From the IMG/VR virus record IMGVR_UViG_2236876025_000005, positions 1,662 through 65,661 of that record: 64,000 nt of DNA; one strand, given 5' to 3'. Below the pieces are notes generated by a model. The model saw nothing but the letters and a program-made list of their open reading frames with translations. It did no database searches and was not told the origin of the DNA. This stretch comes from a virus. Lineage: Duplodnaviria > Caudoviricetes. The translations under genes were made by a program, and so were the position numbers. Shown piece by piece: positions 36,628-45,104 of the stretch (its first letter is position 1; each line of letters starts with the position of its first letter).

Positions 36628-37506
36628 TCACTGTTCCCCCAAACACAAGTTTATGTAATCAACCACCTCTTGTTCCGTCACCTGAGCCAAAGCCTCGTCA
36701 AGCGTCATTTCGCCCGTCCGAGCCGTCTTCAGCCTTTCTATTATGTCCGTGTACGAATCACGCACCTCTGTCGCTTTCATTTCAAACTGTCTCGCGGTGA
36801 ATATCTCGCTCGCCGCCCGACACCTTATGTCCTCGTACGTCACCTGCCATTCACCGTCCCTCAACTCGACGACAGCCATTCTCGGAATCCTGTTCTGCTC
36901 GTCTATCCTGATTCCCCTCAACAGCGAGCCTGACCTGACAACCCTCACGTTGTCCTTCGGCTTTTCGTCCGCGTACACGGTATGGTCGTGTCCCAACAGA
37001 ACGACTGTCTCGTCGTCAGTCCCGACAACGTCGCCCGTCTTACAGCACCACTTGCCGTCGTCTATGTTCCAAAAGCCGTGATACACGCACACCGTCGGTC
37101 TATTCCTCGTCCTCAGCGGCAACTCGTTCGTCAGGACGCAGTCACCTAAGTCTATGCTCTTTCCCGTGAAATCCTCGAACAGACCCATTTCACAGAATAG
37201 GTTGTACGACGTCCTCACGTTGAACTCGTCGTTGTTGTACAAAGTGTCGTGGTTTCCGCTTATGGTGTATATCGGCTCTTTCGCTTTCCTGAACACCCTC
37301 GCGACAGCCGCCTTCACGAAATCAGGAACTGTCGGCTTGTCGAACACGTCACCCCCTATCACTATCGGAAAACCCCGTCTGTTCGCGTAATCGACGACGT
37401 AATCGAGTTTCTTACAAATATCGTCCAACACGTCACCCGTCCTGACGTTGCAGGTCGCCGTGATATGCAAATCGGTAATGAATACGAACCTGTCCATAAT
37501 CACCAT
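36628..37506 (-). CDS. sbcD: SbcD/Mre11-like metallophosphoesterase nuclease (T4 gp47-like)
   Basis: FITDLH, GGDVFD, SGNHD, YHG and LGHDH motifs. Confidence 0.85.
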   Translation of the reverse strand: MVIMDRFVFITDLHITATCNVRTGDVLDDICKKLDYVVDYANRRGFPIVIGGDVFDKPTVPDFVKAAVARVFRKAKEPIYTISGNHDTLYNNDEFNVRTSYNLFCEMGLFEDFTGKSIDLGDCVLTNELPLRTRNRPTVCVYHGFWNIDDGKWCCKTGDVVGTDDETVVLLGHDHTVYADEKPKDNVRVVRSGSLLRGIRIDEQNRIPRMAVVELRDGEWQVTYEDIRCRAASEIFTARQFEMKATEVRDSYTDIIERLKTARTGEMTLDEALAQVTEQEVVDYINLCLGEQ

Positions 37507-37793
37507 CTGTAAAATTTCGCGTATTCCTGTTCCTGCTCGGCTCTCGCCTCGGCTACCTTGTCCGACGCCCTCAGGCTCGGGTACATTTCCTGAACCTTGC
37601 GCCTCGCCCTCGTCAGCGATTCAAACGACGGTAATTTGCGCTTGCGCCATTCGATTATCGTGTTCGTGAACGTACACCTCGTCAATTCAAATTCGCGAGC
37701 CACATACCAAATCAACTCAAAGTCGTCGTCCCGTGTGTTCGGGTCGCTCTCCAATATCGACTTAACCAAGTCGAATGTCTTTACCTTTTCCAT
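37500..37793 (-). CDS. hypothetical phage protein (TRDDD...SFESLTRARRKVQE.YP.LR)
   Basis: 97-aa ORF. Confidence 0.75.
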   Translation of the reverse strand: MEKVKTFDLVKSILESDPNTRDDDFELIWYVAREFELTRCTFTNTIIEWRKRKLPSFESLTRARRKVQEMYPSLRASDKVAEARAEQEQEYAKFYRW

Positions 37794-37825
37794 CTTTTGT
37801 TGTTGTTTTTGTGTTTAAATGTCCG

Positions 37826-37850
37826 CAAATGTAATAATATTTTTGTTATG
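37826..37850 (-). promoter_or_regulatory. -7 promoter box with palindromic operator
   Basis: CAAATGTA; TGTAATAA-TATTT-TTGTTATG; about 40-bp similarity to 41821-41862. Confidence 0.65.
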
Positions 37851-37866
37851 TTGTACCCGTTGAGGC

Positions 37867-37899
37867 AAAAAAAACACGGTCTCTTTTCCGAAACCGTGT
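37867..37899 (-). terminator. intrinsic terminator
   Basis: ACACGGT/ACCGTGT stem with T8 on -. Confidence 0.7.
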
Positions 37900-37937
37900 C
37901 TCTTTACCCCTTTTTTGTCTGTAAAGACTTAGTATGT

Positions 37938-38258
37938 TCAACCTACCTCGTAGCCGCTCGCGTCCGCGTACGGGAACAGGGTGTTTGTGTTCATCATCAC
38001 CCATTTATCGTCACCGTCCTCGGGTTTGGCACACTTGTCACTGTAAATGTCTATCTTGACCTCGAAAGGCTCGTTACCCCGTCCGCCGTGATATTTTTTA
38101 TTCACCTCGTAAAAGAAAAAGTCAGCCATGTCGAAAGCCGCATCAACGCACTCCTTGTAAGAATCGTACACGTAACCCAAGTCGTCGTCCGACCATAACT
38201 CGTCGTCGATTCCGAACGAACCCTGTGTCGCGTATATGTTATAAATGTACTTTGCCAT
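37938..38258 (-). CDS. hypothetical acidic protein
   Basis: 106-aa ORF. Confidence 0.7.
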   Translation of the reverse strand: MAKYIYNIYATQGSFGIDDELWSDDDLGYVYDSYKECVDAAFDMADFFFYEVNKKYHGGRGNEPFEVKIDIYSDKCAKPEDGDDKWVMMNTNTLFPYADASGYEVG

Positions 38259-38262
38259 AAGC

Positions 38263-38598
38263 CTAAAATATCTTTTCGTAAATATACTGTGACAGCCTGT
38301 TCGGGTTCACAAAAACCCTGAACGTGACACGCACGCTCACAGAACCGTCCGATTCCTCGGTGAACCTCGCCTCGTAGTCGGTGTTCCTGCGTCCGACAGG
38401 CACGACGTCAAAGTCGCCCAAGCCGTTGCAGGTGTTAAACACGTCCTGTATGTCAGCCGCGAAATCCTCCAACAGGTAGTCGCCGCCGACCGTCAGTATT
38501 CCGTCTATGTCATACTCTGACTGTATGTCCAAGACCTCAACAAGTATCATTCCGTTGTCCCTGTTCATAACTGTAATTCCTTTCCGCAAATATAACAA
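38263..38598 (-). CDS. hypothetical protein
   Basis: Probable start MNRD near 38568, after the promoter box at 38587. Confidence 0.65.
   Translation of the reverse strand: MLYLRKGITVMNRDNGMILVEVLDIQSEYDIDGILTVGGDYLLEDFAADIQDVFNTCNGLGDFDVVPVGRRNTDYEARFTEESDGSVSVRVTFRVFVNPNRLSQYIYEKIF
38587..38594 (-). promoter_or_regulatory. Bacteroidota -7 promoter box
   Basis: CAAATATA. Confidence 0.55.
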
Positions 38599-38608
38599 CT
38601 TTTACAAT

Positions 38609-39304
38609 TCAAAACAAACTGAGTTCCTGAACAACACTTCCGTCAGGTCTCCTTGTGATTCCGAGACATTCCTCGTCGAACCTCGCGCACCCCTTCCCGT
38701 AATACTCTCCGTCCAACTCGCACCCGACATAGTCGAACCCCGACTTGTACGCCGCTATCCTCGACGACTGAGAACCCATCATCGGGTCGAACACGACGTC
38801 ACCTTTCTTGGCGTAGTTCCTCAGTATCCAAGCGTACAGCGCGACAGGCTTTTGGGTGGGGTGAATCCTCAACTCTTTGTTTTTCATATCACCCTGCAAC
38901 ATTCCCTGCCACCTGAACCTGAACAGCCTGACAGCCGTCGGAAAGTTCGTCCAAGCCAACTCGCAGTCCGCGAAATCCGTCGCGCCGTTCTCCTTGTCCC
39001 AAACAATCCAACACGACGAATCGTACGGCAACCTCGAAATAAAATGGTTCGCGCCCCAAACGACGGCACGCTTGGACACCCTCAACAGTTCGTCGAAAAA
39101 CTCTCTGTCAGGTGCTTTCCTGTCCCACTCTTTCGGCGTGTATTCCTGCGACTTCGCCAAACAGCCCCGACTGTGGTTCTTTAAACCGTCCTCACCGATT
39201 CCGTATGGTCAAGGGGGGTCTGCCACGGCAAGGTCGAACACCTTGTCAGGCAAACCCCTCATATACTCAATACAGTCAACATTGTAAACATCTGATTTCG
39301 GCAT
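38609..39304 (-). pseudogene. beta-class N4/N6 DNA methyltransferase with in-frame TGA inside the catalytic motif (pseudogene or recoded)
   Basis: MPKSDVYNVDCIEYMRGLPDKVFDLAVADPP*PYGIG... is in frame with ORF 38609-39160 (HPTQKPVAL, FDPMMGSQSS); TGA at 39209-39211. Confidence 0.85.
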
Positions 39305-39322
39305 ATTCTTACATTTTATAAC

Positions 39323-39330
39323 CAAATATA
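39323..39330 (-). promoter_or_regulatory. Bacteroidota -7 promoter box (MTase)
   Basis: CAAATATA 19 nt upstream of the ATG at 39304. Confidence 0.6.
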
Positions 39331-39376
39331 TATATTTCCCTTTCGATTCAAAAGTTGCACCTCTTGTGTTTTTCAT

Positions 39377-39411
39377 AAAAAATGTAAGCGGAACACACCA
39401 TTCCGCTTACA
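39377..39411 (-). terminator. intrinsic terminator
   Basis: TGTAAGCGGAA/TTCCGCTTACA 11-bp stem with T tract on -. Confidence 0.75.
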
Positions 39412-39416
39412 CTCTG

Positions 39417-39620
39417 TCACCGTCTCGCGTGCCTGCGCTTTCTCGGCAGGTCGCATTTGAACGCCGTGCAGGTCTTGCATTTGACAGCCTTTTTCTGTCT
39501 GACGGTGTTCGTGGTTCTCTTTGTGTGCGGACGGGTGCTTGCCTCAGCCGTTCCGCAACACGCGCCCGAGGCGACCGTCACAGCCGCCATCAGGACAAAA
39601 GTAAGTAGTAAGCGTTTCAT
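39417..39620 (-). CDS. small secreted basic Cys-containing protein
   Basis: Signal-peptide-like MKRLLLTFVLMAAVTVASGA; CKTC..FKC. Confidence 0.55.
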   Translation of the reverse strand: MKRLLLTFVLMAAVTVASGACCGTAEASTRPHTKRTTNTVRQKKAVKCKTCTAFKCDLPRKRRHARR

Positions 39621-39669
39621 AATTGTTTGATTTTAAGTTGTTTATAATTTACGTCATAAGACGTTGTAT

Positions 39670-39782
39670 CTTACAGTCTGTAACCTGAATCGGTGTTTTC
39701 GCTTACAGTCAAAAGAAAAAATACAACAGGGGTAACTTTCAAACTGTAACCTCAACGGTCGTTTTTCCTTTCATACTGTAAG
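39670..39782. repeat. five ACTGTAA(G/C)-type 8-mers in both orientations
   Basis: 39670-39677 (rc), 39677-39684, 39702-39709 (rc), 39743-39750, 39775-39782. Confidence 0.6.
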
Positions 39783-39788
39783 AAAGCG

Positions 39789-40385
39789 TCATTTCAGGCG
39801 TTTGGATTTCCCGTCCGCAATCTGATAGACGTGCCGAACGTCGTCAGCCGTGATTCGTTGGTCGTGCGACACCAACAGCAGGTCGAACCCGAGGTCGTCG
39901 CACAGGGAGTTGACGAACCCTATGAACGCGCCGAAATAGGCGTCCGATACCTGAGTGAAAGCCTCGTCGAGGAATATGACCCTGCGCCTGTTCAGTTTGA
40001 CAATCAGGTACACGAGGAACACGAACGATATGACGGTTATTATTCCGCCGCCCTCAGCCTCGGACAGGTCTGTCGAGTATTCGCCCTTGTTGAGGACGAA
40101 TCGGTTGCCTTCGAGGTCGTACTCGACCTTGTAGTCGAAACCGAATATCGACTTTATCGCGCTGTTCGCCAAGTCCTCGCACTCGCGTATCGACGAGCCT
40201 GACAACAGCGGTCTCACCTGTTTGAGCGCGAGCAGTGACCGCTCAATCAGTTCCCGTTCCGAGTTTATTTCGGCGAGGGAACGCTCGGCGTTGTCGAGGA
40301 CGGACTGCACGCGGCGTATGTCGCCCGTGACGCGCTCGTACCTCAACAGTTGCTCGTTGCACCGTCTTTCGAGTTCCGCGTTCAT
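39789..40385 (-). CDS. sbcC: SbcC/Rad50-like ATPase, C-terminal half
   Basis: Coiled coil, then LSEAEGGG signature, Walker B IFLDEAF, H-loop LVSHD. Confidence 0.8.
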   Translation of the reverse strand: MNAELERRCNEQLLRYERVTGDIRRVQSVLDNAERSLAEINSERELIERSLLALKQVRPLLSGSSIRECEDLANSAIKSIFGFDYKVEYDLEGNRFVLNKGEYSTDLSEAEGGGIITVISFVFLVYLIVKLNRRRVIFLDEAFTQVSDAYFGAFIGFVNSLCDDLGFDLLLVSHDQRITADDVRHVYQIADGKSKRLK

Positions 40386-40651
40386 ACCTCTGTCCTTTCG
40401 AGTTCCGACACGACCGTTTCGAGTTCTTTTTCGAGACGGGTCTTCTCCTTTTCGAGTTCGGCTTTCTTTTCAGCCACGTTCTTTGACAGGTTGGTGTCAA
40501 CGGCGAACCCGAACTCCGAGGCGAGCGTCTTTATCTTTTCGAGGCGCACAGCCTGTTCCGTGTTGAGGCGGTCGAGTTCCGCCTTTGTCTCTCTGTAAAT
40601 TTTCTCTACGTCCATTGTTGTATTGTCTTTTAGTTTATCCTGTTTCCGCAA
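40382..40651 (-). CDS. small coiled-coil protein between the SbcC halves
   Basis: Heptad-rich; probable start MDVEK at 40615; ATGA-coupled to the C-terminal half. Confidence 0.7.
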   Translation of the reverse strand: MRKQDKLKDNTTMDVEKIYRETKAELDRLNTEQAVRLEKIKTLASEFGFAVDTNLSKNVAEKKAELEKEKTRLEKELETVVSELERTEV

Positions 40652-41799
40652 ATCGGGCAGATGTGATTGTCTATCATATCCTGTTTCTCTCTCATAGTCT
40701 TGTGAGCCGCCCTGTACGCGTCCATCAGTTCCGTCAGGCGCGTCAGGCTGTTCAGGCTCGCGTCCGCCGCGCTGAGGCTCTTCCTGACCTCAACCGCTCT
40801 CTCGGCGAGCGTCAGGACGGACGTCAGGCTCTTTATCCTCGCGTGCGCGTCCCGTGAATCGGAAATATGTTTCTCCAATTCCCTCAATAAGTCGTCCCTG
40901 AGCGCGTTTCTCCGCTCGGACAGGGAGATGTGCCGCTCGCACAGGGAAAGTCTCTCACGAGCCGTTTCCGAGGCTCTGACGGCTTTCTCCTGAGCGTCGA
41001 TACATTCCTGCAACCCTCCAAGTGCCTCAACCCTGTTGTTGAGGTCGGCTGTGCGCTCGCACGCGGACAAAGCCCTTTTCAGCCCCTCTGAGCGCGTCTC
41101 GCCGTTGAGGTGGTCTGTCAGCACGCCCGTCAGGTCTTCGGCTGTCCTGAGCGAGTTCTCGCACGTCCTGAGCGATTCCAAGCGTTCCGTCAGGATTCCT
41201 ATTCCGTCGCGTAGCCGCTGTTCCTGAGCGTTGTACTCGGACAGTTGCTGTTTGTTGTCGGTAATCATAGACGACAGTTGCTTGAACGCGCCGTTGTTCT
41301 GTTCTTTCTTTTTGTTCAGTTTCGAGTTAGCCTCGTTCATATCGTCGAACGCCTTTGACGACGACAGTATTTCGAGTATCCGTTTCTGAGAAAATTCAAG
41401 CAAAAGCGGCTTGCTGAACTGACTGAAGAAGTTTAACGGGTACTTTTGCTCGTACGCGTCGATAGAACCGAAGTTGTTGAACTCGTCTATTTCGGGCGGC
41501 ACGGTGCGGTTCAGTTTCTGAAACACCAAGTCGCCGAGTTCGTACGTCGGCGATTCCTTCCTCGTCTTGCGCACTATCAGGAGGTTCGGGTTGTCACCGT
41601 ACGACAGACCGATTGTTATCGTGTCCGCGCCGTGCCTCAGGAAACCCTGCCTGAACTTGTTTTCGCACGCCGCCCTGACAGCCCTCAGGCACGCGGACTT
41701 GCCCTGACTTGATTCTCCCACGAGTATCGTGAAACCGTCAACCTCGATGTCCGCCTCTCTGATGGACTGAAAGTCCCTTACGTTTATATTCACTGACAT
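40630..41799 (-). CDS. sbcC: SbcC/Rad50-like ATPase, N-terminal half ending in the Zn hook
   Basis: VRDFQSI, Walker A GESSQGKS, Q-loop FSQFS, coiled coil, terminal CPICG. Confidence 0.85.
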   Translation of the reverse strand: MSVNINVRDFQSIREADIEVDGFTILVGESSQGKSACLRAVRAACENKFRQGFLRHGADTITIGLSYGDNPNLLIVRKTRKESPTYELGDLVFQKLNRTVPPEIDEFNNFGSIDAYEQKYPLNFFSQFSKPLLLEFSQKRILEILSSSKAFDDMNEANSKLNKKKEQNNGAFKQLSSMITDNKQQLSEYNAQEQRLRDGIGILTERLESLRTCENSLRTAEDLTGVLTDHLNGETRSEGLKRALSACERTADLNNRVEALGGLQECIDAQEKAVRASETARERLSLCERHISLSERRNALRDDLLRELEKHISDSRDAHARIKSLTSVLTLAERAVEVRKSLSAADASLNSLTRLTELMDAYRAAHKTMREKQDMIDNHICPICGNRIN

Positions 41800-41821
41800 A
41801 AGCCTGTTGTTATTGTGTCCG

Positions 41822-41846
41822 CAAATGTAATAACAATTTTGTTACG
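41822..41846 (-). promoter_or_regulatory. -7 promoter box with palindromic operator
   Basis: CAAATGTA; TGTAATAA-CAATT-TTGTTACG. Confidence 0.65.
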
Positions 41847-41889
41847 TTGTACGCGTTGAGGTTATTTTTTTTATTCAACGGAACGTAAC

Positions 41890-42801
41890 TTATTGATTGT
41901 TACTGAATAACACCAACTGTTTGCCCTGTGTCTGTTGTTCCTTGTCGTAGAAATACCGTTTCAGGGTCTTGACGATAAACTGTTTCCCGAGTTGTGTGAC
42001 AAGCGTCTGCCAACCCATGTACGCGCGCCTGTTCTTTATATACGGATAGTTCACGAGTTCAAAGTATTTCAGGTCTATGTACTTTTGGTACGGACGTATC
42101 TGACGACCCGTGCCGAATATGATTTTCATTTCCCTGAGTATCTTAGTCAGGGTGTTCCGCCCGAACCTCGGGACGCCCAACACCTCGCTCTTTATAGACT
42201 TGGCTACGACCTCGAACGATTCCGAACCCTCTGATTCCGTCACGGCGTCGTAGAACTCAACCTTGGGTTTCTGTTCGTTGAGTTTCCTGTCCTGAACCTC
42301 AACGGTGTGTTCGGCGACAGACAATTGTTGTTTCGCCGCCGCCAATTCCTGTTCGCGCTTGCGGATTGTCTCGTCCGCTATTTTCAACGCACGCGCCATA
42401 ATCACCTCGGGGGTGTCGTCAGGCGTTGAGGCGATATAGCCGCCGTGTTTGCGGATTGACGGTAACACCTCGCCGCACACCCAATCTTGGAACGGTTCGG
42501 CTTGCGGTTTATCCGACCGCATTATTACGCGGTAAAGGTTTTGTTCATTTACAAACATTGCCTTAACTGTTTGATATACAGGTGTTCCATCTGTTTTAAC
42601 CCCCGTTTTGACCCCTACCTCGATTAAAACGACCCCATCCTGTTTTAACCTACGTTTCGCGTCAGACGGGTTATTTATCTCTAACACCTTGCATACGTCC
42701 GCCAAACAGAATAACGGTTCGTCACTTGTACCCGATGTTCGGATTTTACCGAATTGTGGGTTCTCGAAAATTTTGATTTGTTCGTTCATACCTGTAAACA
42801 T
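41890..42801 (-). CDS. BRO-N / KilAC (ANT) antirepressor-like protein
   Basis: FENPQFGKIR...PLFCLADVCKVL...EQNLYRVIMRSDKPQAEPFQDWV..EVLPSIRKHGGY; QKPKVEFYDAV...GRN.L...LR...PYQKYI..YF..T.VT..GK.FI. Confidence 0.9.
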   Translation of the reverse strand: MFTGMNEQIKIFENPQFGKIRTSGTSDEPLFCLADVCKVLEINNPSDAKRRLKQDGVVLIEVGVKTGVKTDGTPVYQTVKAMFVNEQNLYRVIMRSDKPQAEPFQDWVCGEVLPSIRKHGGYIASTPDDTPEVIMARALKIADETIRKREQELAAAKQQLSVAEHTVEVQDRKLNEQKPKVEFYDAVTESEGSESFEVVAKSIKSEVLGVPRFGRNTLTKILREMKIIFGTGRQIRPYQKYIDLKYFELVNYPYIKNRRAYMGWQTLVTQLGKQFIVKTLKRYFYDKEQQTQGKQLVLFSNNQ

Positions 42802-42840
42802 TTATAAATTAAACAATAAAAAAATTGCACGTTACGTGTT

Positions 42841-42988
42841 GTCAAAACAAATTTAACGGGAGTCAACTTTGATTTCGGGGACGTTTCCGTTACCCCACAC
42901 GTTCGCGCAATTCTTTTAATCGTAATCGCGGTGTTTTCAATATGTTTCAAACGGAGTTTTGTCAACCCCCGTTCTTTTTTGTTTTGAC
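42841..42988 (-). ncRNA. structured 5' leader RNA of the antirepressor gene
   Basis: 11-bp perfect stem plus 13-bp G-U-rich stem enclosing a GAAA hairpin; starts just after the promoter at 42993. Confidence 0.55.
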
Positions 42989-42992
42989 GTTA

Positions 42993-43024
42993 CAAACATA
43001 TAAACCGTTTTTCATATATGCAAA
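42993..43024 (-). promoter_or_regulatory. Bacteroidota promoter (-33 TTTG, -7 TATGTTTG)
   Basis: CAAACATA at 42993-43000 and CAAA at 43021-43024, 20-nt spacer. Confidence 0.7.
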
Positions 43025-43058
43025 TTTATTTAGGGTGTCACGTTTCGTTACCCCCTTT

Positions 43059-44321
43059 TTAGTAATGAAATCCTACATTCCGTTGCGCCTTCAGGAACTC
43101 TGACGTGTACACGCATTCCGAGCGTTCCTTGTCGTCCCTGAGTTTGACGAACTTTGGTCTGACGAGCGTCCCTGACGCGTTTATTCCCGTCCCTGACAGT
43201 TCCATGACCATACCGACGTATATCTGAGACCTGTCAATCTGTTTCGGCGGTTTTATCTTGGCTATCAGCCTCGGGAACGTCATACCGTCCCTCTCCTCGT
43301 ATATCGACAGTCTGAGTTTGCCGTCCTGAGTGCCTGAGACGAACGCGTCTATCGTGTCTGACATACGCTCGGTGTTGACGCGCTTTATCTTTATGTACGA
43401 CGTCTTCGGGCGTCTGTCGGTGGTGTCGTACGCTCCGTTCCTGTTCTGTGCCACGACGCCGTCGCCGCCGCTGTCGAGTATCGATTCGAGGAACACGCGT
43501 TTCTCAGCCTCGGTGGTGGCGTTCGAGCGTCTGACGGGTACGACGTTGAGACCGATTGCCTGACCTGTGCGCACGGCGTCCCCGTACACGTCGGGGTTCA
43601 TTCCGTCGCCGAGGGGTCGTTTCAGGTAGTTGACGCCGCTGACGTACAGGGGGTGTATCAGGTGGAACGTCACGAGGTCAGTCCCGTATCTCTGCTTGGC
43701 TGTGTCCTGCACGCTCAGGCAGGCGTCCCTTTCGAGCCTGACGAGACCGAGTGCCTGTTCGGGTCGGGTGTGCGCCTCGATTCCGTGGGCGTTGAGGTCG
43801 TCGGTTATGTCGAGGGGTTCGGTTATGGTCATTATGACGTCTATCGCGTACGTGCCGTCGTACAGTGCCTTCTGAGCGATTCTCGGGGCGTAGTCTATGA
43901 GTTTGCAGTCGTCTGTGTAGTTGCGCGAGTATATGTGCGTGTTTCCGCCGTTTGTTATGAGTACGGCTCGTATTCCGCGATGTTTCTCGGTGAACACCCA
44001 ATCGGGGTCTGTGTATATGCTGACCTGTTCGTCGGGTGTCAGGTCGTCTATTGGTCTCGCGAGGCAGGGCGTGTAGAATGACAGCCTGAACCTCTCCGAG
44101 GGTGTGAGCGCGTTCCAAATGTCCTGAGGGGTGAGGTCGGGTGTGAGTTCGAGACCGTGCGCCTTGTACGCATTGAGTTTGGTTAGCGCGGACACGTAGT
44201 CGCATTTTTTGAGTTCCCCGTCGCGTCCCGTCGGTCTGAGGAATCGGCTCGCGGTGTCGGTGTTGAGGAGTGACGCCGTGAGTTCCCACAGGTACTTTAC
44301 GTCCGATTTGTTGGAAGACAT
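43059..44321 (-). CDS. ATP-dependent DNA ligase-like protein with degenerate motifs
   Basis: EKHRGIR (motif I), IDVI (III), FHLIHPLY (IIIa), DGVVAQ (IV), YIKIK (V), OB domain LVRPKFVKLRDDK (VI). Confidence 0.8.
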   Translation of the reverse strand: MSSNKSDVKYLWELTASLLNTDTASRFLRPTGRDGELKKCDYVSALTKLNAYKAHGLELTPDLTPQDIWNALTPSERFRLSFYTPCLARPIDDLTPDEQVSIYTDPDWVFTEKHRGIRAVLITNGGNTHIYSRNYTDDCKLIDYAPRIAQKALYDGTYAIDVIMTITEPLDITDDLNAHGIEAHTRPEQALGLVRLERDACLSVQDTAKQRYGTDLVTFHLIHPLYVSGVNYLKRPLGDGMNPDVYGDAVRTGQAIGLNVVPVRRSNATTEAEKRVFLESILDSGGDGVVAQNRNGAYDTTDRRPKTSYIKIKRVNTERMSDTIDAFVSGTQDGKLRLSIYEERDGMTFPRLIAKIKPPKQIDRSQIYVGMVMELSGTGINASGTLVRPKFVKLRDDKERSECVYTSEFLKAQRNVGFHY

Positions 44322-44367
44322 AATAGTTGTTGTTATTGTTTGACGGGGCGAATGTAATAACAATATA

Positions 44368-44571
44368 TTACATTTCAAAATTTATTTTGACGCCCTCGGG
44401 GACGGACTTGTCCTTTATTCTGTCGCTGAGCCACATTTCGAGTATGCTCCTGTCCTTGACCCAACGGGGTGCGGTGAACACGGTCTTGTTGCGTCCTGCG
44501 ACGAGTTCCAACACGTAGAGTTTGGTTCGTGTGTTGAGGTGAGCGTTGATAATCTTTTCCTGTTCCATCAC
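44368..44571 (-). CDS. hypothetical protein
   Basis: 67-aa coupled ORF. Confidence 0.65.
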   Translation of the reverse strand: MMEQEKIINAHLNTRTKLYVLELVAGRNKTVFTAPRWVKDRSILEMWLSDRIKDKSVPEGVKINFEM

Positions 44572-45104
44572 TCGGTTGTTTTGAACACGTCAACGGGTTC
44601 TGTCGTGTTGAACGTGCGTTTGTATTCCTCGGGGTGGTTCTGTCTGAACCATTCGACCTTTTGTTTAATCAGGGACTTGACTTTCTGTATTTCGGGTTTG
44701 ACGTCGGCTATTCCGAACCGTTCGATGTGTTTGGCGAGTGTGACGACGTCGTTTCCGCACACTCTGTATTCCGCGCCCGTTACGGTTGTGACGCCGTTGC
44801 TGTCCTGTTCGCGTATCGGTCTGTCGTAGGACACGTAGAGGTAGTCGTCCTTGAACAGGTGGTTGAGGTGCGAGGGCAGGTAGGCGACGTGTCGGATGTT
44901 GGCTGTGCGTATGAACCCTGTCATATACCAAATGTCCCTGTTGTGTATTCGGCAGAAGTCGGGTGTGAGGTCTGATTCTTTGAGGTCGGTCTTGATTCGC
45001 CCCCTGTCGTAGAGAGTGCCTGAATCGGTGTCGATGGTCTCGCGCAGTGCCTTTCCGAACTTGCCGTAAGTGTACAGGTTTGATTTGAGTGTTTTTGTCT
45101 TCAT
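44568..45104 (-). CDS. hypothetical protein
   Basis: ATGA-coupled start MKTKTLK at 45104. Confidence 0.7.
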   Translation of the reverse strand: MKTKTLKSNLYTYGKFGKALRETIDTDSGTLYDRGRIKTDLKESDLTPDFCRIHNRDIWYMTGFIRTANIRHVAYLPSHLNHLFKDDYLYVSYDRPIREQDSNGVTTVTGAEYRVCGNDVVTLAKHIERFGIADVKPEIQKVKSLIKQKVEWFRQNHPEEYKRTFNTTEPVDVFKTTE

